Both the position numbers and the translations under genes were made by a program. The notes under the pieces are model-generated. The model made no database searches. It saw only the letters and a list, made by a program, of their open reading frames with translations, and was not told the DNA's origin. Positions 21,145 to 31,608 of a DNA stretch of 64,000 nt are shown piece after piece; position 1 is the stretch's first letter, and every line of letters begins with the position of its first letter. This stretch comes from Candidatus Marinacidobacterales bacterium (GTDB taxonomy: Bacteria; Acidobacteriota; Vicinamibacteria; Marinacidobacterales; SMYC01), in NCBI GenBank assembly GCA_965224085.1, contig CBDCYI010000005.1:608001-672000 (forward strand), given 5' to 3'.

Positions 21145-21531
21145 TCGGACTCCTCCTTTTTCGATGCGTTCTTTCGACTGACTTTGGCACATCGATGCCG
21201 TCTATGTCAGCGGAGGAGTCCATCCCATCACTTGATACGGCGTCTCCATCCTCGACGACGGCGAGGTCGTCGGGATGGGGCGCGTCATTAGTAAACGGGG
21301 AGACGGCGGCTGTTTTTTCCAAGTCGTCGACATCGCCGTGGTGCCGGAACATCAAGGCCGAGGCTTGGGTACGCGGATCATGAAAGCACTCGTCCACCGT
21401 CTGCAGCACCACGCACCACCGTCCGCTTATGTCAGCTTGATCGCCGATGGCAACGCCCATCGCTTGTACAGCAAGTTTGGATTCGCGGCGACGGCGCCTG
21501 AGTCGATCGGCATGTATCTCAAAATTTGACG

Positions 21532-22197
21532 ATGGCGAACGACGCGGCCCAAGAGCAATGGTCGTCTCAGCGCGCCTTTCTACTTGCAGCCGTGGGAAGC
21601 GCTGTCGGTCTCGGAAACATTTGGCGCTTTCCGTACATCACCGGCATCAACGGTGGGGGCGCTTTCGTGCTCGTCTACTGCGCCTGCATCGCGTTGATTG
21701 GCGTCCCCCTTTTGATGGCGGAGATGGCCATCGGTCGCCGCGGCGGCCGAAGCCCCGTCGGCACGATGCGGAGCCTCTCGAAGGAGCACGGCGGCAGCCG
21801 ATTTTGGGAAGGCGTCGGCTGGCAAGCCGTGCTCGCGCCGACCGTCGGGCTCATGTACTACGCCGTTGTCGCCGGGTAGACGATGGACTACGCGTTGTCG
21901 GCCTTGAGCGGCGCGTTCGGAGGCATCACGGATGCGGACGGGGCCGGCGCATTGTTCGGAGCCCTGACCAACAACATCCCACGGATGATGCTGGGGCACG
22001 CGATTTTCATGGGTGTGACGATCGTGATCGTCGCCGCCGGCATCCAGAAAGGCCTCGAGCGCGCCGTGAAGTTTCTCATGCCGTCGCTCGCCGTGCTCGT
22101 CCTCGTCGCCTACACGGCGCTGACGGCCGACTTCATTGGCGCTTTGGCCTTTCTTTTCAAGCCCGACTTCTACAAGCTAACGCCCGCAGTAACATAG
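21532..22197 (+). pseudogene. Sodium:neurotransmitter symporter (NSS/SNF) family, nonsense TAG at 21877 and 3'-truncated
   Basis: GSAVGLGNIWRFPY, NGGGAF, YYAVVAG*TMDY, GIQKGLER, FLFKPDF. Confidence 0.88.
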
Positions 22198-22487
22198 GCA
22201 TCAGCTTCAGCTTTCGTGACGGAATTCCTGGCAGTGTCAGGCTGGGCGGCCTGCCGAATACTAGCGCCATGAACAGTACTACCGACGATTTTACCCTTTT
22301 CTTTAGCGGCTTAGACCAGACTGCGTTTAACATGACGTACACCGTCGCGACTGAGGTTGGTTTCGTGAACCACGAAACCCTGGCTGGAAGCTTCACTTTT
22401 TCCGAATTACCCGAACCCTCGACCCTCTTTCTCCTCGGCACCGGGGTTGTCGGGCTCGCGGGCTACGCGCGGAACAGAAAGCGCTAG
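22190..22487 (+). pseudogene. PEP-CTERM protein C-terminal fragment
   Basis: ...FTFSELPEPSTLFLLGTGVVGLAGYARNRKR*: PEP motif, TM helix, basic tail; no signal peptide or start. Confidence 0.75.
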
Positions 22488-23007
22488 CGTCATCAGCGCG
22501 ACCAGGCTTGCAAGCGTTATGGCGGGCGCTCTCGCGCCCTGCCCTCGGCTTTCACGTTCATCGCGGTCGGCGCGGGAGACGTCTCGCCCCGTTGGGCGGT
22601 CGGTCTCGCGGCACGGCGCCAATTACCAGATGGTGCTTGAATGAGAGAATGTCCAACCGGTTAGACATTTCGGCTGACTTGCGCGCGCTAGAAACATAGG
22701 GTCGTCCCCGGTGAGGCTTCCACTTATTCATCCGGCGCGTCCCTATTGATCTTTCTCGCACGCGGGAGTCAGTATCCCATCATGATCTGGTTGCTTCTTC
22801 GGTCACTCATCTCGGCGTTCAAGGCGCGTCGCTCCCTGGCATTTGAGAATCTCGCTCTGCGCCAACAGCTTGCCGTCGTCCAGCGCTCACTGAAACGGCC
22901 TCGGCTCTCGAATCTCGACCGCGGCTTCTGGGTGCTCTTGCACCGAGGACGTGAGAAAAAATTAATACTTGACTAGTGTTATCGCTATGCTTTAGCGTAA
23001 GCCCATC

Positions 23008-23199
23008 ATGGGATACGTGACGAAGCTGCAGGTGATAAAGCGAGCCAACGATACGCGTCAGTTCTATGTGATTTGCCCGTCGCCTTTGGCGCAGGCGCTG
23101 GAGATGGAGCCTGGCGAGGAGCTTGAGTGGGTCGTCGAGGATCGGAACACACTGATAGTTCGTCGGACGCCGCGGGTGAAGCGTGGTAAACGTGGGTAA
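23008..23199 (+). CDS. AbrB/MazE/SpoVT-like small DNA-binding protein
   Basis: TKLQVI...QFYVICPSPLAQALEMEPGEELEWVVEDRNTLIVRR fits the swapped-hairpin pattern; overlaps the transposase start. Confidence 0.65.
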   Translation: MGYVTKLQVIKRANDTRQFYVICPSPLAQALEMEPGEELEWVVEDRNTLIVRRTPRVKRGKRG

Positions 23200-24751
23200 G
23201 AAGCAAGCATCGCTACCTGGTATGCCGAGTCCGCGAAAACGTGGCGATGACGGTGATGAAGGAGCGCGCGCGACACAAGCTCGGTTGAAGGTTGTGGATC
23301 GGGCGCAGCTGCTGTTGCGGACGGTGGACGTTGAGCAGTTGATTCCAGAGGATCACGCAGCGCGAGCGATCTGGGAGTTCGTGGGTCGGCTGGACCTCAG
23401 CGGGTATACGGAGCAGGTCCACTCGGTCGAGGGTGGTGCAGGGCGGCCTGCATTCGATCCGCATCTACTGGTGAGCCTTTGGGTCTACAGCTACAGTCAG
23501 TCGGTGAGTTCGGCGCGCGCGATTGAGCGGCTGTGCGAGCATCACCCGGCGTATCAATGGCTGACGGGAATGCAGAGCATCAGTGCCCATACGCTATCGG
23601 ACTTTCGGGTGACCCATGCCGAGGCGCTGCACGAATTGTTTGTACAAACGTTGGGTCTTTTGAGTGCGGACGGATTGATCACGCTCGAGCGAGTCATGCT
23701 GGATGGGACGCGGATTCGGGCGAACGCATCGGGGAATAGTTTCCGCACGAAGGGTCGAGTCGAGGAATATCTGGAGCATGCACGTAAGGCAGTCGAGGCT
23801 CTTGAAAAGCAGACGGAGGAAGATTCAACGCGCCAGGGACAAGCTGCACATCAACGCGCCGCGCGAGAGAGAAAGGAGCATCTGGAATCAGCGTTGAAGG
23901 AATACGACAAGCTGAAAGCGGCGAAAAGCCGGGTCGACCGCGCAAGCACGACCGATCCGGACGCGCGTGTGATGAAGCAAGCCGAGGGCGGCTCGGCCCC
24001 TAGCTACAACGTGCAGGTCTCAACGGATGCCGCGCATGGCTTGATTGTCGACATCGAAGCCACGCAGGCGGGCAGCGATTATCGGCAGCTGACACCAGCG
24101 ATAGAGCGGATTGAACAGAGCATGCAGCGTGCACCCGAGCAGATGGTCGTGGATGGGGGCTACATCAGTAACAACAACATTACGGAGATGACGAAGCGTG
24201 ACATCGAGCTTATCGGCCCCCAATCCGACAACAAGGCAGCAGTGCTCAATCGGGGTAAGTCGTATAAGCACCACGGAGTGAGTGAGGAATACGAGGCGTC
24301 GAAGTTTGTCTTCGATAAGGGGACGAACACGTATGTGTGCCCGCAGGGCAAGCACCTACGCTACGACGCTAAGCTCGAAAGCCATAGCTCGATGCGCTAT
24401 CGATACAAGGTGTCGAAGCAAGACTGTCAGAGCTGTCCGGCCAAAGATCAATGTTGTCCTCGTACGCGGCACGGCCGCTCGATCGAGCGGAGTGAACCTT
24501 TGCCCGACATCGTCGAGTTCCGATGCAAGATGCAGACCGACGAGGCCAAGGAAATCTACAAGACACGCTCGCAGGTGGCCGAGTTTCCGAACCTCTGGAT
24601 CAAAACCAAGTTCGGCCTGCGGCAGTTTAGCGTGCGCGGAATCACCAAAGTGCGCACCGAATCTCTGTGGACCGCCCTCACTTACAATATCCAGCAATGG
24701 AATCGCCTCAGATGGAGGCCGAAGTTCATATCGAAACTCGCACCGGCATAA
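23183..24751 (+). CDS. IS1182-family transposase
   Basis: GRPAFDP.LLVSLWVYSY....SARAIERLC, LDGTRIRANAS, STTDPDARVM, SYNVQ, VDGGY, YVCPQGK, CQSCP.K..C, Y..R...AE. Confidence 0.9.
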   Translation: MVNVGKKQASLPGMPSPRKRGDDGDEGARATQARLKVVDRAQLLLRTVDVEQLIPEDHAARAIWEFVGRLDLSGYTEQVHSVEGGAGRPAFDPHLLVSLWVYSYSQSVSSARAIERLCEHHPAYQWLTGMQSISAHTLSDFRVTHAEALHELFVQTLGLLSADGLITLERVMLDGTRIRANASGNSFRTKGRVEEYLEHARKAVEALEKQTEEDSTRQGQAAHQRAARERKEHLESALKEYDKLKAAKSRVDRASTTDPDARVMKQAEGGSAPSYNVQVSTDAAHGLIVDIEATQAGSDYRQLTPAIERIEQSMQRAPEQMVVDGGYISNNNITEMTKRDIELIGPQSDNKAAVLNRGKSYKHHGVSEEYEASKFVFDKGTNTYVCPQGKHLRYDAKLESHSSMRYRYKVSKQDCQSCPAKDQCCPRTRHGRSIERSEPLPDIVEFRCKMQTDEAKEIYKTRSQVAEFPNLWIKTKFGLRQFSVRGITKVRTESLWTALTYNIQQWNRLRWRPKFISKLAPA

Positions 24752-26362
24752 GCGCCAACTGATCGGCGATTGACCACCCAGCCGGACGTTTCACTGCACA
24801 CCATCGAAACTCAAGGCCACCGACCAATCCGCCTTTGCGCGATCATCATCGAGTCCTGGACGTCGCCCTCAGCACAAAATCTGGATTCTTTCTCACGTCC
24901 AGAGTCTGGACTGACTGGGACAGCGTCCTCGTCATCGTGAAGCCCGAAACCGTTGTCCGGTGGCACCGCGCCGGGTTCAGACGCTATTGGACTTGGGAGA
25001 GTCGGAAACGTCGGCCCGGTCGACCAGGCGTCTCTCTGGATGTACGCGAGCTGATCCGGGATATGTGTCGAGCTAACGTCACCTGGGGAGCACCTCGCGT
25101 ACACGGCGAACTCATGAAGCTTGGCATATCCATTTCGCAGGCCGCCGTATCGAAGTACACGGTTCGGCATCGAATACCACCGTCGCAGACCTGGAGGAGC
25201 TTTCTCGACAATCACGTTAAAGATCTGGTCTCCGTCGACAGACTTCTTCACTTTGCCGACAGCAACATTCCGGGTTTTGTTCGTCTTCATCGTGCTTCGT
25301 CACGATCGTCGTCGAATCGTACACTTCAACGTCACAGACCATCCTTCTGCAGAGTGGACCGCGCAGCAGATCGTGAACGCCTTTCCGTGGGATACGGCTC
25401 CGCGTTACATGCTGCGAGACCGAGATGGAGTCTATGGTCCGTACTTCAGCCGGCGCGTCGATGGCCTCGGCGTCGACGAGGTTCGGACGGCGCCGCGCTC
25501 GCCATGGCAAAATCCGTACGTCGAACGGGTGATCGGCAGCATTCCGCCGCGAGTGTCTCGACCATGTGATCGTCCGCGACGAGCGTCGCGTGAGGCGCAT
25601 CCTGCGAGGGTACGTCGACTACTATCATTCGTGCCGGACTCACTTATCGCTGGGGAAGGACGCGCCTGAACCTCGTCCTGTCCAAGCACCGTCGACGGGC
25701 AAAGTGAGCGCCGTTCCGAAGTAGGCGGACTCCATCATTACTACAGGCGCCTCGCAGCCTGAGCTTCCTGGACTTCACGCGATGCCGGCGGTGTCCGCGG
25801 GATGGGCCCGATTCTTGTGATCACCACGACGTTGACCATAGTCTTCGACTCCCGTGAAATCGCAGTTCCGATGGTCGTGTGGCCGGCGTCAACCACTATT
25901 CCCGTCCTGGATCGGGTTTATGGAAGCGGCACGCAAGCGTTTCGTGCCTGGGAGATTTGGGGCAGGTCCCCCCACTGCGCTGCCCTCGATTCCCCACGAC
26001 GCAGCTCACAGATTGTATGATGGCCCACCCGTACAATCGAAAACAGTGAGGATGACGAAAGATCGACACGAAAAAGGGAATCGCTGGGAACAGATAAATT
26101 TGGAGAGCGGAAGCAAGATTGGGATTTGCACCCAACGTGCTCGCATAAGTCACGGGTCAACAAACCCGAGTGATTGCATCGAGCCCCTGAAGCGGCGCCG
26201 GCGGGATTTTACAGCTCGTACGAAGCGTGTTACTTTTGGAGTCGCTTAGAAGGAGCCGCTTCCGGCGCGTTTTTGGGCGGGGTTTCCATTATGCTCGATC
26301 GATAAGCACCAAGCGGGTGACGAGCTTGCTCCAAAGCCGCTTATCGACACGGAAAGGGGGCG

Positions 26363-28825
26363 ATGATGAGACCATCCTGGTCTTCGACGCACAAGCGCGA
26401 GCGCGCCGGTAGCTCGCGCCGACGTGCCTTGCGCCTCGTTTTGGGCGCTTCGCTCCTTTTCCTCTTTGGCTGGGAGCTCGTATCCACACTGAGACCCGCC
26501 GTCCAAGCCCAGGGACGTGCGCGCGGGCGGAAGCTGCGCGTGAAGGATCGCTCGCTGGCAGGCCGACTCCTTAGCCTCGGGGGCCGCCGGGGCCGACTAC
26601 GGCGGCTATCTTCTTTACGACGTGCCGGACAGCGCCGCCCAAGAGCTAGCCGGCCATCCTTCGGTCGAGGCCGTGGACGAGTACCGCTTCGTGTTGCTGA
26701 ACAGCGGTCCCATCGATACCGAAACGAGCGCCGCCGCCGGCCCGCGACGTGCGGCTCCGGAGAACTTCGATGGCAAGCGCTTGCAGATCGTTCAGTTCGT
26801 GGGCCCGTCGCGGCCGGAGTGGATCACCGCTCTCAGCGATACCGGCGCTGATCTCGTCACCTACCTTCCCCATAACGCCTATCTCGTTTACGCCGACGCT
26901 GCCAGCTTGGGTGCACTCACCGAGCTCGAAAGCTCGGATCGCATCCTCCAATGGCAGGCGCCCTATCAGACGGAGCACAAGGTTCATCCGGGCGCTTTCC
27001 GGGCGGCGCAACTCCGCGCTCTCCGTCGCCAAAGGCTCCGGCGATCCGCTGCCGCGCGGGATGAGGACCTCTATGCCGTCCAGCTCGTCGACGACCCGGC
27101 CGCCAACGCCGTTACTATCGGAATGGTCGGTGCCATTTCTAGCGGCGCGCTACGTAGTCAGTTCCGGGTGCGGGACTACCTCAATCTGATCGTCCCGCTC
27201 GAGCCTTCTGACTTGGACGCCGTCGCGGCGCGGCCAGATGTCGTCTCGATCCATCCGTTCGCCGTTCCGGAAAAATCCGGTGAGCGACAAGGCCAGATCA
27301 TGGCTTCCGACCTCACGGGAACGACGCCGGGTATCTAGACTTCCTGGCCGCGAGCGGCTTCACCCAGCAGCAGTTTACGGCATCGGGCTTTGCGGTCGAC
27401 ATTTCCGACAGCGGCATCGACAACGCGACAACGTCACCCAACCACCCCGGCCTCTATATCGGCGGCAATACTTCCGCCCCGAGTCGCGTGCTCTATAACC
27501 GCCTTGAGGGCTCGCCCATCTTCGGTAATACCCTGGAAGGGTGCGACGGGCACGGAAACATCAACGCTCATATCCTAGCCGGCTACAATGACGGGTTCGG
27601 CTTCCCTTTCGCCGACGCCGACGGCTTTCGCTTCGGCCTCGGAGTCGCTCCGTTCGTCAAAGTCGGATCCTCGGTGATCTTCGCGCCGGACTACACCTTC
27701 CCGGATTTCCCCGACCTGCAGTCGAGAGCTTACGCCGACGGCGCCCGTATCAGCAGCAACAGTTGGGGCGGTCTCGTCTACGGGGCCTACGACGTCACCG
27801 CGCAAACCTTCGATGCGCTCGTCCGCGACGCGCAGCCAGCCGGAGCGGCAGTGGCTTCAACTGGAAACCAGGAGATGGTGATAATCGTTGCCGCCGGCAA
27901 CGAAGGCTTCCAGGGCCTCCGCTCTCCGGCAACGGCGAAGAACGTGATTACCGTCGGTGCGAGCGAGAACATCCATTACTTGGGTGACGCGGATGGCTGC
28001 GGCCTCGATGACAGCTTCGCCGACAATGCGGACGACATGGCAGACTTTTTGAGCCGCGGCCCCACAGAGGACGGGCGGATCAAGCCGGACCTGGTCGCTC
28101 CGGGGACGCACGTGAGCGGAGGTGTCTACCAAGCCACCACCCCCGGTGCGACCGGACAGGCGAATGCTTGCTTCGACGGCTCGGGCAATTGCGGGCTCGC
28201 CACCGGCTTCTTCTTCCCCGCCGGTCAGCAGTTCTATGCGACCTCATCGGGCACCAGTCAGCCCGGCCATGACCAAGGGCTTTTTTGATGAGCTCGGCCC
28301 GCTACCTGACGGGTGCGGGGGCGAACGATACACTTTGGTCCAACAGCCAAGGTATGGGTGCGGTGAACCTCGGCGCGGGCCTTCGACACACCGCCCCGGC
28401 TCTTGTACGACCAGCGCCCAGAAGAGATGTTCACCGCCAGCGGCCAGAACTTCACGGTAACCGGCACGATCGCGGAGCCAAGCCGTCCGTTCCGAGTCAC
28501 GCTGGCCTGGACCGACGCACCCGGGTCAACCACCGGTCCGGCCTTCAACAACGACCTGGATCTCACGGTCACGGTGGGCGGCCAGATGTACAAGGGGAAC
28601 GTCTTCTCGGGTGCTTTGTCGACCACGGGTGGCGCCGCGGATATGCGGAACAACGTGGAAGAGCGTCCATCTCCCCGCTGGCACGATCGGGGATTTCACC
28701 GTCTCGGTCAGCGCCTCCAACATCAACTCGGACGGCGTTCCCAATATTGGCGGCAACCTGGATCAGGATTTCGCCCTCGTCGTCGAAAACGGTGACGAAA
28801 TCCCGCGGCCCGCGATCGTCGCTGC
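26363..28825 (+). pseudogene. S8 subtilisin-like serine peptidase, multiply frameshifted, internally deleted, truncated
   Basis: Prodomain IVQFVGP/YLPHNAY; DISDSGID, DGHG.INA, SSNSWG, AAGNEG, AKNVITVGASE, SRGPTEDGRIKPDLVAPG, SGTS; C-terminal VTLAWTDAPG/NDLDL. Confidence 0.85.
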
Positions 28826-28971
28826 AAGGCATGCGCGTCGAGAAGGTCGATGTGGATGTCGAGGAGGTCGCCGCTTGGTGCACGGCCGCTGGCCGGCCCT
28901 TCGACTCCAAGGCCCGTGCCGAATATGCGAGCGAGACGCTCCGGAAAAGGGATTTGCCAGGCGCCTCCTAA
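28826..28971 (+). pseudogene. C-terminal fragment of a small hypothetical protein
   Basis: GMRVEKVDVDVEEVAAWCTAAGRPFDSKARAEYA reads as protein-like and is unrelated to the S8 gene it is joined to. Confidence 0.4.
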
Positions 28972-29055
28972 GAAACTACAACCTGCGATTCAGGCCTTTC
29001 ATTCCATCGATACCGCGATGGAACTCGACGTCAGGGTTTTCCACGAGGACGACGG

Positions 29056-30303
29056 CTAACGCACCCCCTCGAGTAGCTCGGCAGCGTTGTTGTGGATCTC
29101 GACGTGATCCCCTCGGCGCCGCAACAATACGAGGTTGGCGTCCCTCGGGACCGCCTGCGAGACCGTGCGGTTATGCGCCGTGCAGATGAACTGCGTTTTC
29201 GGAAAGACCTCCGTGAGAACTTTCATCAAGTTGCGTTGCCACCTCTGATGCAGATGAAGATCGATCTCGTCGACGCAAACCACGGCGGGTGCGGCGAGGG
29301 GATCGGCGCTGCGCGGGTTCAACACATATAGTCGGCGGGCGAAGTCCACGATCCAGGCAATCAGCGTGCGATAGCCCATGCTGAGGTCTCCCAAGCAGAC
29401 CCAGCCGTAATGCGTCTCGAACTCCACTCGTCCTTGGTTCGAAGCGATGCGGATATCGTTCACGTCGAGCAAGACCGCATTGAGCAGATCGCGCACCTTC
29501 TTGGCGGCGCGAGCTTCGCGAAGCTGACGGCGCGCCGGCCCGAGATGACTCATCTGCACGAACCACTCTTCGGCGTTCAGAAGCTCGGCGTCATCCACGA
29601 AGAGGCTTTCATCGGCAGACGATTCGAGGGGCTTGCGCCCCGAGTCGGCGGCCTGTCCGTGCCGGCGAGACGCGCCATAGCCGAAATAGATCAGCGTGCC
29701 GTCTCGGTTGAAGTCCCAGCGCGGCGGCGGGCTCTGGCGCCGGCGCGCGGGGCTGTATCGCACCGAGAACTCCGCGACCTCCCGAGGCCTCAGCAGGACA
29801 TTTGAGCGCACGAGGGCAGGCTTCGTCGGTTTGCGTTGAGGCCACCAGTTATAGCGAATGAACGAGGGGACTTCCTTGTGATCCTGCAGCGTCGAGGCGA
29901 TGCCGCAGACCGCTTGCAAGAGCGTCGTCTTGCCAGCGCCATTGTCGCCGAAGATGACCGTCCAGCCATAGGGCTTTCCTCGCTCGTCGGAGAGCTGCAG
30001 GGTCTGAGCCGGGCCGAAGCAGCGTACGTTCTCCACGTCGACGGACAATAAATAGAGCGGTTTGCCCAACGACTTTGCGGTCTTCTTGCTTTTCTTACGT
30101 CGCGCGGGCTTTTTCTTGCGCGCGACGGCCTTGCTTTTTCTGACTTTCTTGGCCGGTCGAACCCGCGCACTCGGCTTCTTCTTCACGACTTTCTTGCGTT
30201 TCGCCGGCGCTTTCTTCTTCGTGGCTTTGCGTTTGGCAGAAGCGGATTTTTTCTTCGACAGAGACTTCCGCCCACGGGTAGACCCGACTTTTCTTGCTGG
30301 CAT
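29056..30303 (-). CDS. ABC-type (AAA_21 / PtuA-like) ATPase with Lys/Arg-rich N-terminal tail
   Basis: VENVRCF, Walker A GDNGAGKT, YGASR, signature LSMGY, Walker B VCVDEIDLHLH, QFICTAH; first ~80 aa mostly K/R/A/S. Confidence 0.85.
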   Translation of the reverse strand: MPARKVGSTRGRKSLSKKKSASAKRKATKKKAPAKRKKVVKKKPSARVRPAKKVRKSKAVARKKKPARRKKSKKTAKSLGKPLYLLSVDVENVRCFGPAQTLQLSDERGKPYGWTVIFGDNGAGKTTLLQAVCGIASTLQDHKEVPSFIRYNWWPQRKPTKPALVRSNVLLRPREVAEFSVRYSPARRRQSPPPRWDFNRDGTLIYFGYGASRRHGQAADSGRKPLESSADESLFVDDAELLNAEEWFVQMSHLGPARRQLREARAAKKVRDLLNAVLLDVNDIRIASNQGRVEFETHYGWVCLGDLSMGYRTLIAWIVDFARRLYVLNPRSADPLAAPAVVCVDEIDLHLHQRWQRNLMKVLTEVFPKTQFICTAHNRTVSQAVPRDANLVLLRRRGDHVEIHNNAAELLEGVR

Positions 30304-30593
30304 GGCATTTTGTACCACGGAAGCTCCTCGCCGTCTAATACTTGTTGGAATTCTTGTGCATCACGCAACGGCTGTTCGAATTTCAGCTAGGTCAACAACA
30401 TCGTGTGCTACGGAGTCCATCGCACTTCCTCTTGAACAACCGTCGAGCTCGAGGAGCTAGCCTCCTTTGCCCGTGAACCTCGAACGCGTGTCCCAAGCCG
30501 ACCGGGAAGCTGCCCTCATGGCGGAAGCACCGTGCGGGTTGCCATGAGCTGCAAAGTCATCATAATGGCCGCTCATGCGAGGGAGGTTGGCTC

Positions 30594-30827
30594 GTGGACG
30601 TCAAAGTCTACGCGCCTTTGCACCACGGCGACGGACGCGCCGACTGGACGTTCGCAACGGAGCTCATTTTCAAGAACGACACAGAGTTCATGAAGCCGTC
30701 ACCCGCGCCGGAGATCGCCGCGCGCCTGTTCTCGGACATGGAGACGTTCCACGCCGAGGAACGACACCGCTTCGAGATCCTCGACGCCCACTGGGACGTG
30801 CCGCTCATCGAAGTGCCGATGGAGTGA
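30594..30827 (+). CDS. Small acidic hypothetical protein
   Basis: GGAGG 7 nt before GTG; strong GC3 codon bias; possible TTGCCA-16-CATAAT promoter at 30539-30566. Confidence 0.55.
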   Translation: MDVKVYAPLHHGDGRADWTFATELIFKNDTEFMKPSPAPEIAARLFSDMETFHAEERHRFEILDAHWDVPLIEVPME

Positions 30828-30879
30828 GTCACGAGGATCGAGCTCTAAGCTGGACACCGGCCGGGCGCCGCACTCTACC

Positions 30880-31608
30880 GCAGTTCAGTCGAGCCGTCTT
30901 GGTCTCTTTCAACGGAAACGACTTTCGAGATACCTACCTCGGCGCCGGAAAGGACCATATCATCCATGGCACTGCCGTCCTGGACGACCATGTCCTGGAA
31001 AAGAAAGTGCCCGCGCTCTTTCTTCGAAAAGACCGCACGACATCACAGCCGAGCTTCGAAATCTCGGCCCTCCGCAGAACCCTCCGGGGCTTCGCCCTTT
31101 TCCGTCTGCTCGCGCCGTTTCTCGAGATGGAGCACCTCGCCATCGATTTCCGGGTGAACCAACGCTTCATTGCCTACTCGTTCTGGTCGCAAGTCCCGTA
31201 CCCCCTATCGCCGTCGAGACCAAGGACGTCTCTCTCGACACGCTGGAACGGATGGCGAGGATCCTCGATTACAAAGGAGTAGGGCTCGCCCTGGTGGCAC
31301 TGCCCACGCGGGAGCAAGTTTACAGCGGTGAGCCCTATGGTCCAGGTTTCGACATCGACTTTCCACAGGCTTATCTCCAGCTCTTTGCGCGCGAGCAGGG
31401 CATCCCCTACCTGGATTTGCTCCCCATCTTTCGGGAGCACGTCTCCCGCACCAACGAGAACCTCTACGTCAGAGGAGATACGCACCTCAACAATGGAGGG
31501 CATGCCCTTGCCGGTTGGCATATCTCAGAGTGGTTCCGGTGCTGCGTCAAGAACCAACCCATCGGCAAAACTTGGATAGAACTTCAGCGGGAGATGCCCC
31601 AGCGCTAG
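30880..31608 (+). pseudogene. SGNH / AlgJ-AlgX-like acetyltransferase fragment
   Basis: FNGNDFRD block, frameshift near 31250, LPTREQV, IPYLDLLP.F, LYVRGDTHLNNGGH; N-terminus missing. Confidence 0.65.

Larger units (their letters stand above)
19810..21230 (-). mobile_element. IS110-family (IS1111 group) element
   Basis: Subterminal IRs TGGACTCCTC (19814-19823) / GAGGAGTCCA (21213-21222); CA core at both junctions; long non-coding end downstream of the recombinase. Confidence 0.9.
19695..21529 (+). pseudogene. GNAT acetyltransferase (AttT-like) split by IS110, with an in-frame TGA
   Basis: MSYELVPRAP..ADYRRVRLAAGL...GLSN [IS] T*YGVSILDDGEVVGMGRV...DIAVVPEHQGRGLG...LYSKFGF; frame continuous across the empty site. 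Confidence 0.85.
22947..24900 (+). mobile_element. IS1182-family element carrying a small accessory ORF
   Basis: Perfect 12-bp IRs GGACGTGAGAAA / TTTCTCACGTCC; host rve frame resumes on the far side. Confidence 0.88.
22782..25762 (+). mobile_element. Integrase-core (rve) transposase pseudogene interrupted by IS1182
   Basis: ENLALRQQLAV..R..KRPRL...DRGFWV [IS] VIVKPETVVRWHR, WGAPRVHGEL, DFFT, RDRDGVYG, PRSPWQNPYVERVIGS, GGLHHYYRR; several frameshifts. Confidence 0.85.

Noticed and set aside
20965-21879. Stop-codon reassignment (TGA = Trp)
   Set aside because: Many intact genes end in TGA, TGG is used freely, one of the three stops is TAG, and the GNAT and NSS genes are damaged in other ways.
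26011-26038. GATTGTA-N14-TACAATC inverted repeat as an operator
   Set aside because: Single 7-bp dyad; no cognate regulator or second site visible.
29056-30303. Complete Septu or retron defence system
   Set aside because: No HNH nuclease, reverse transcriptase or msr-msd nearby.
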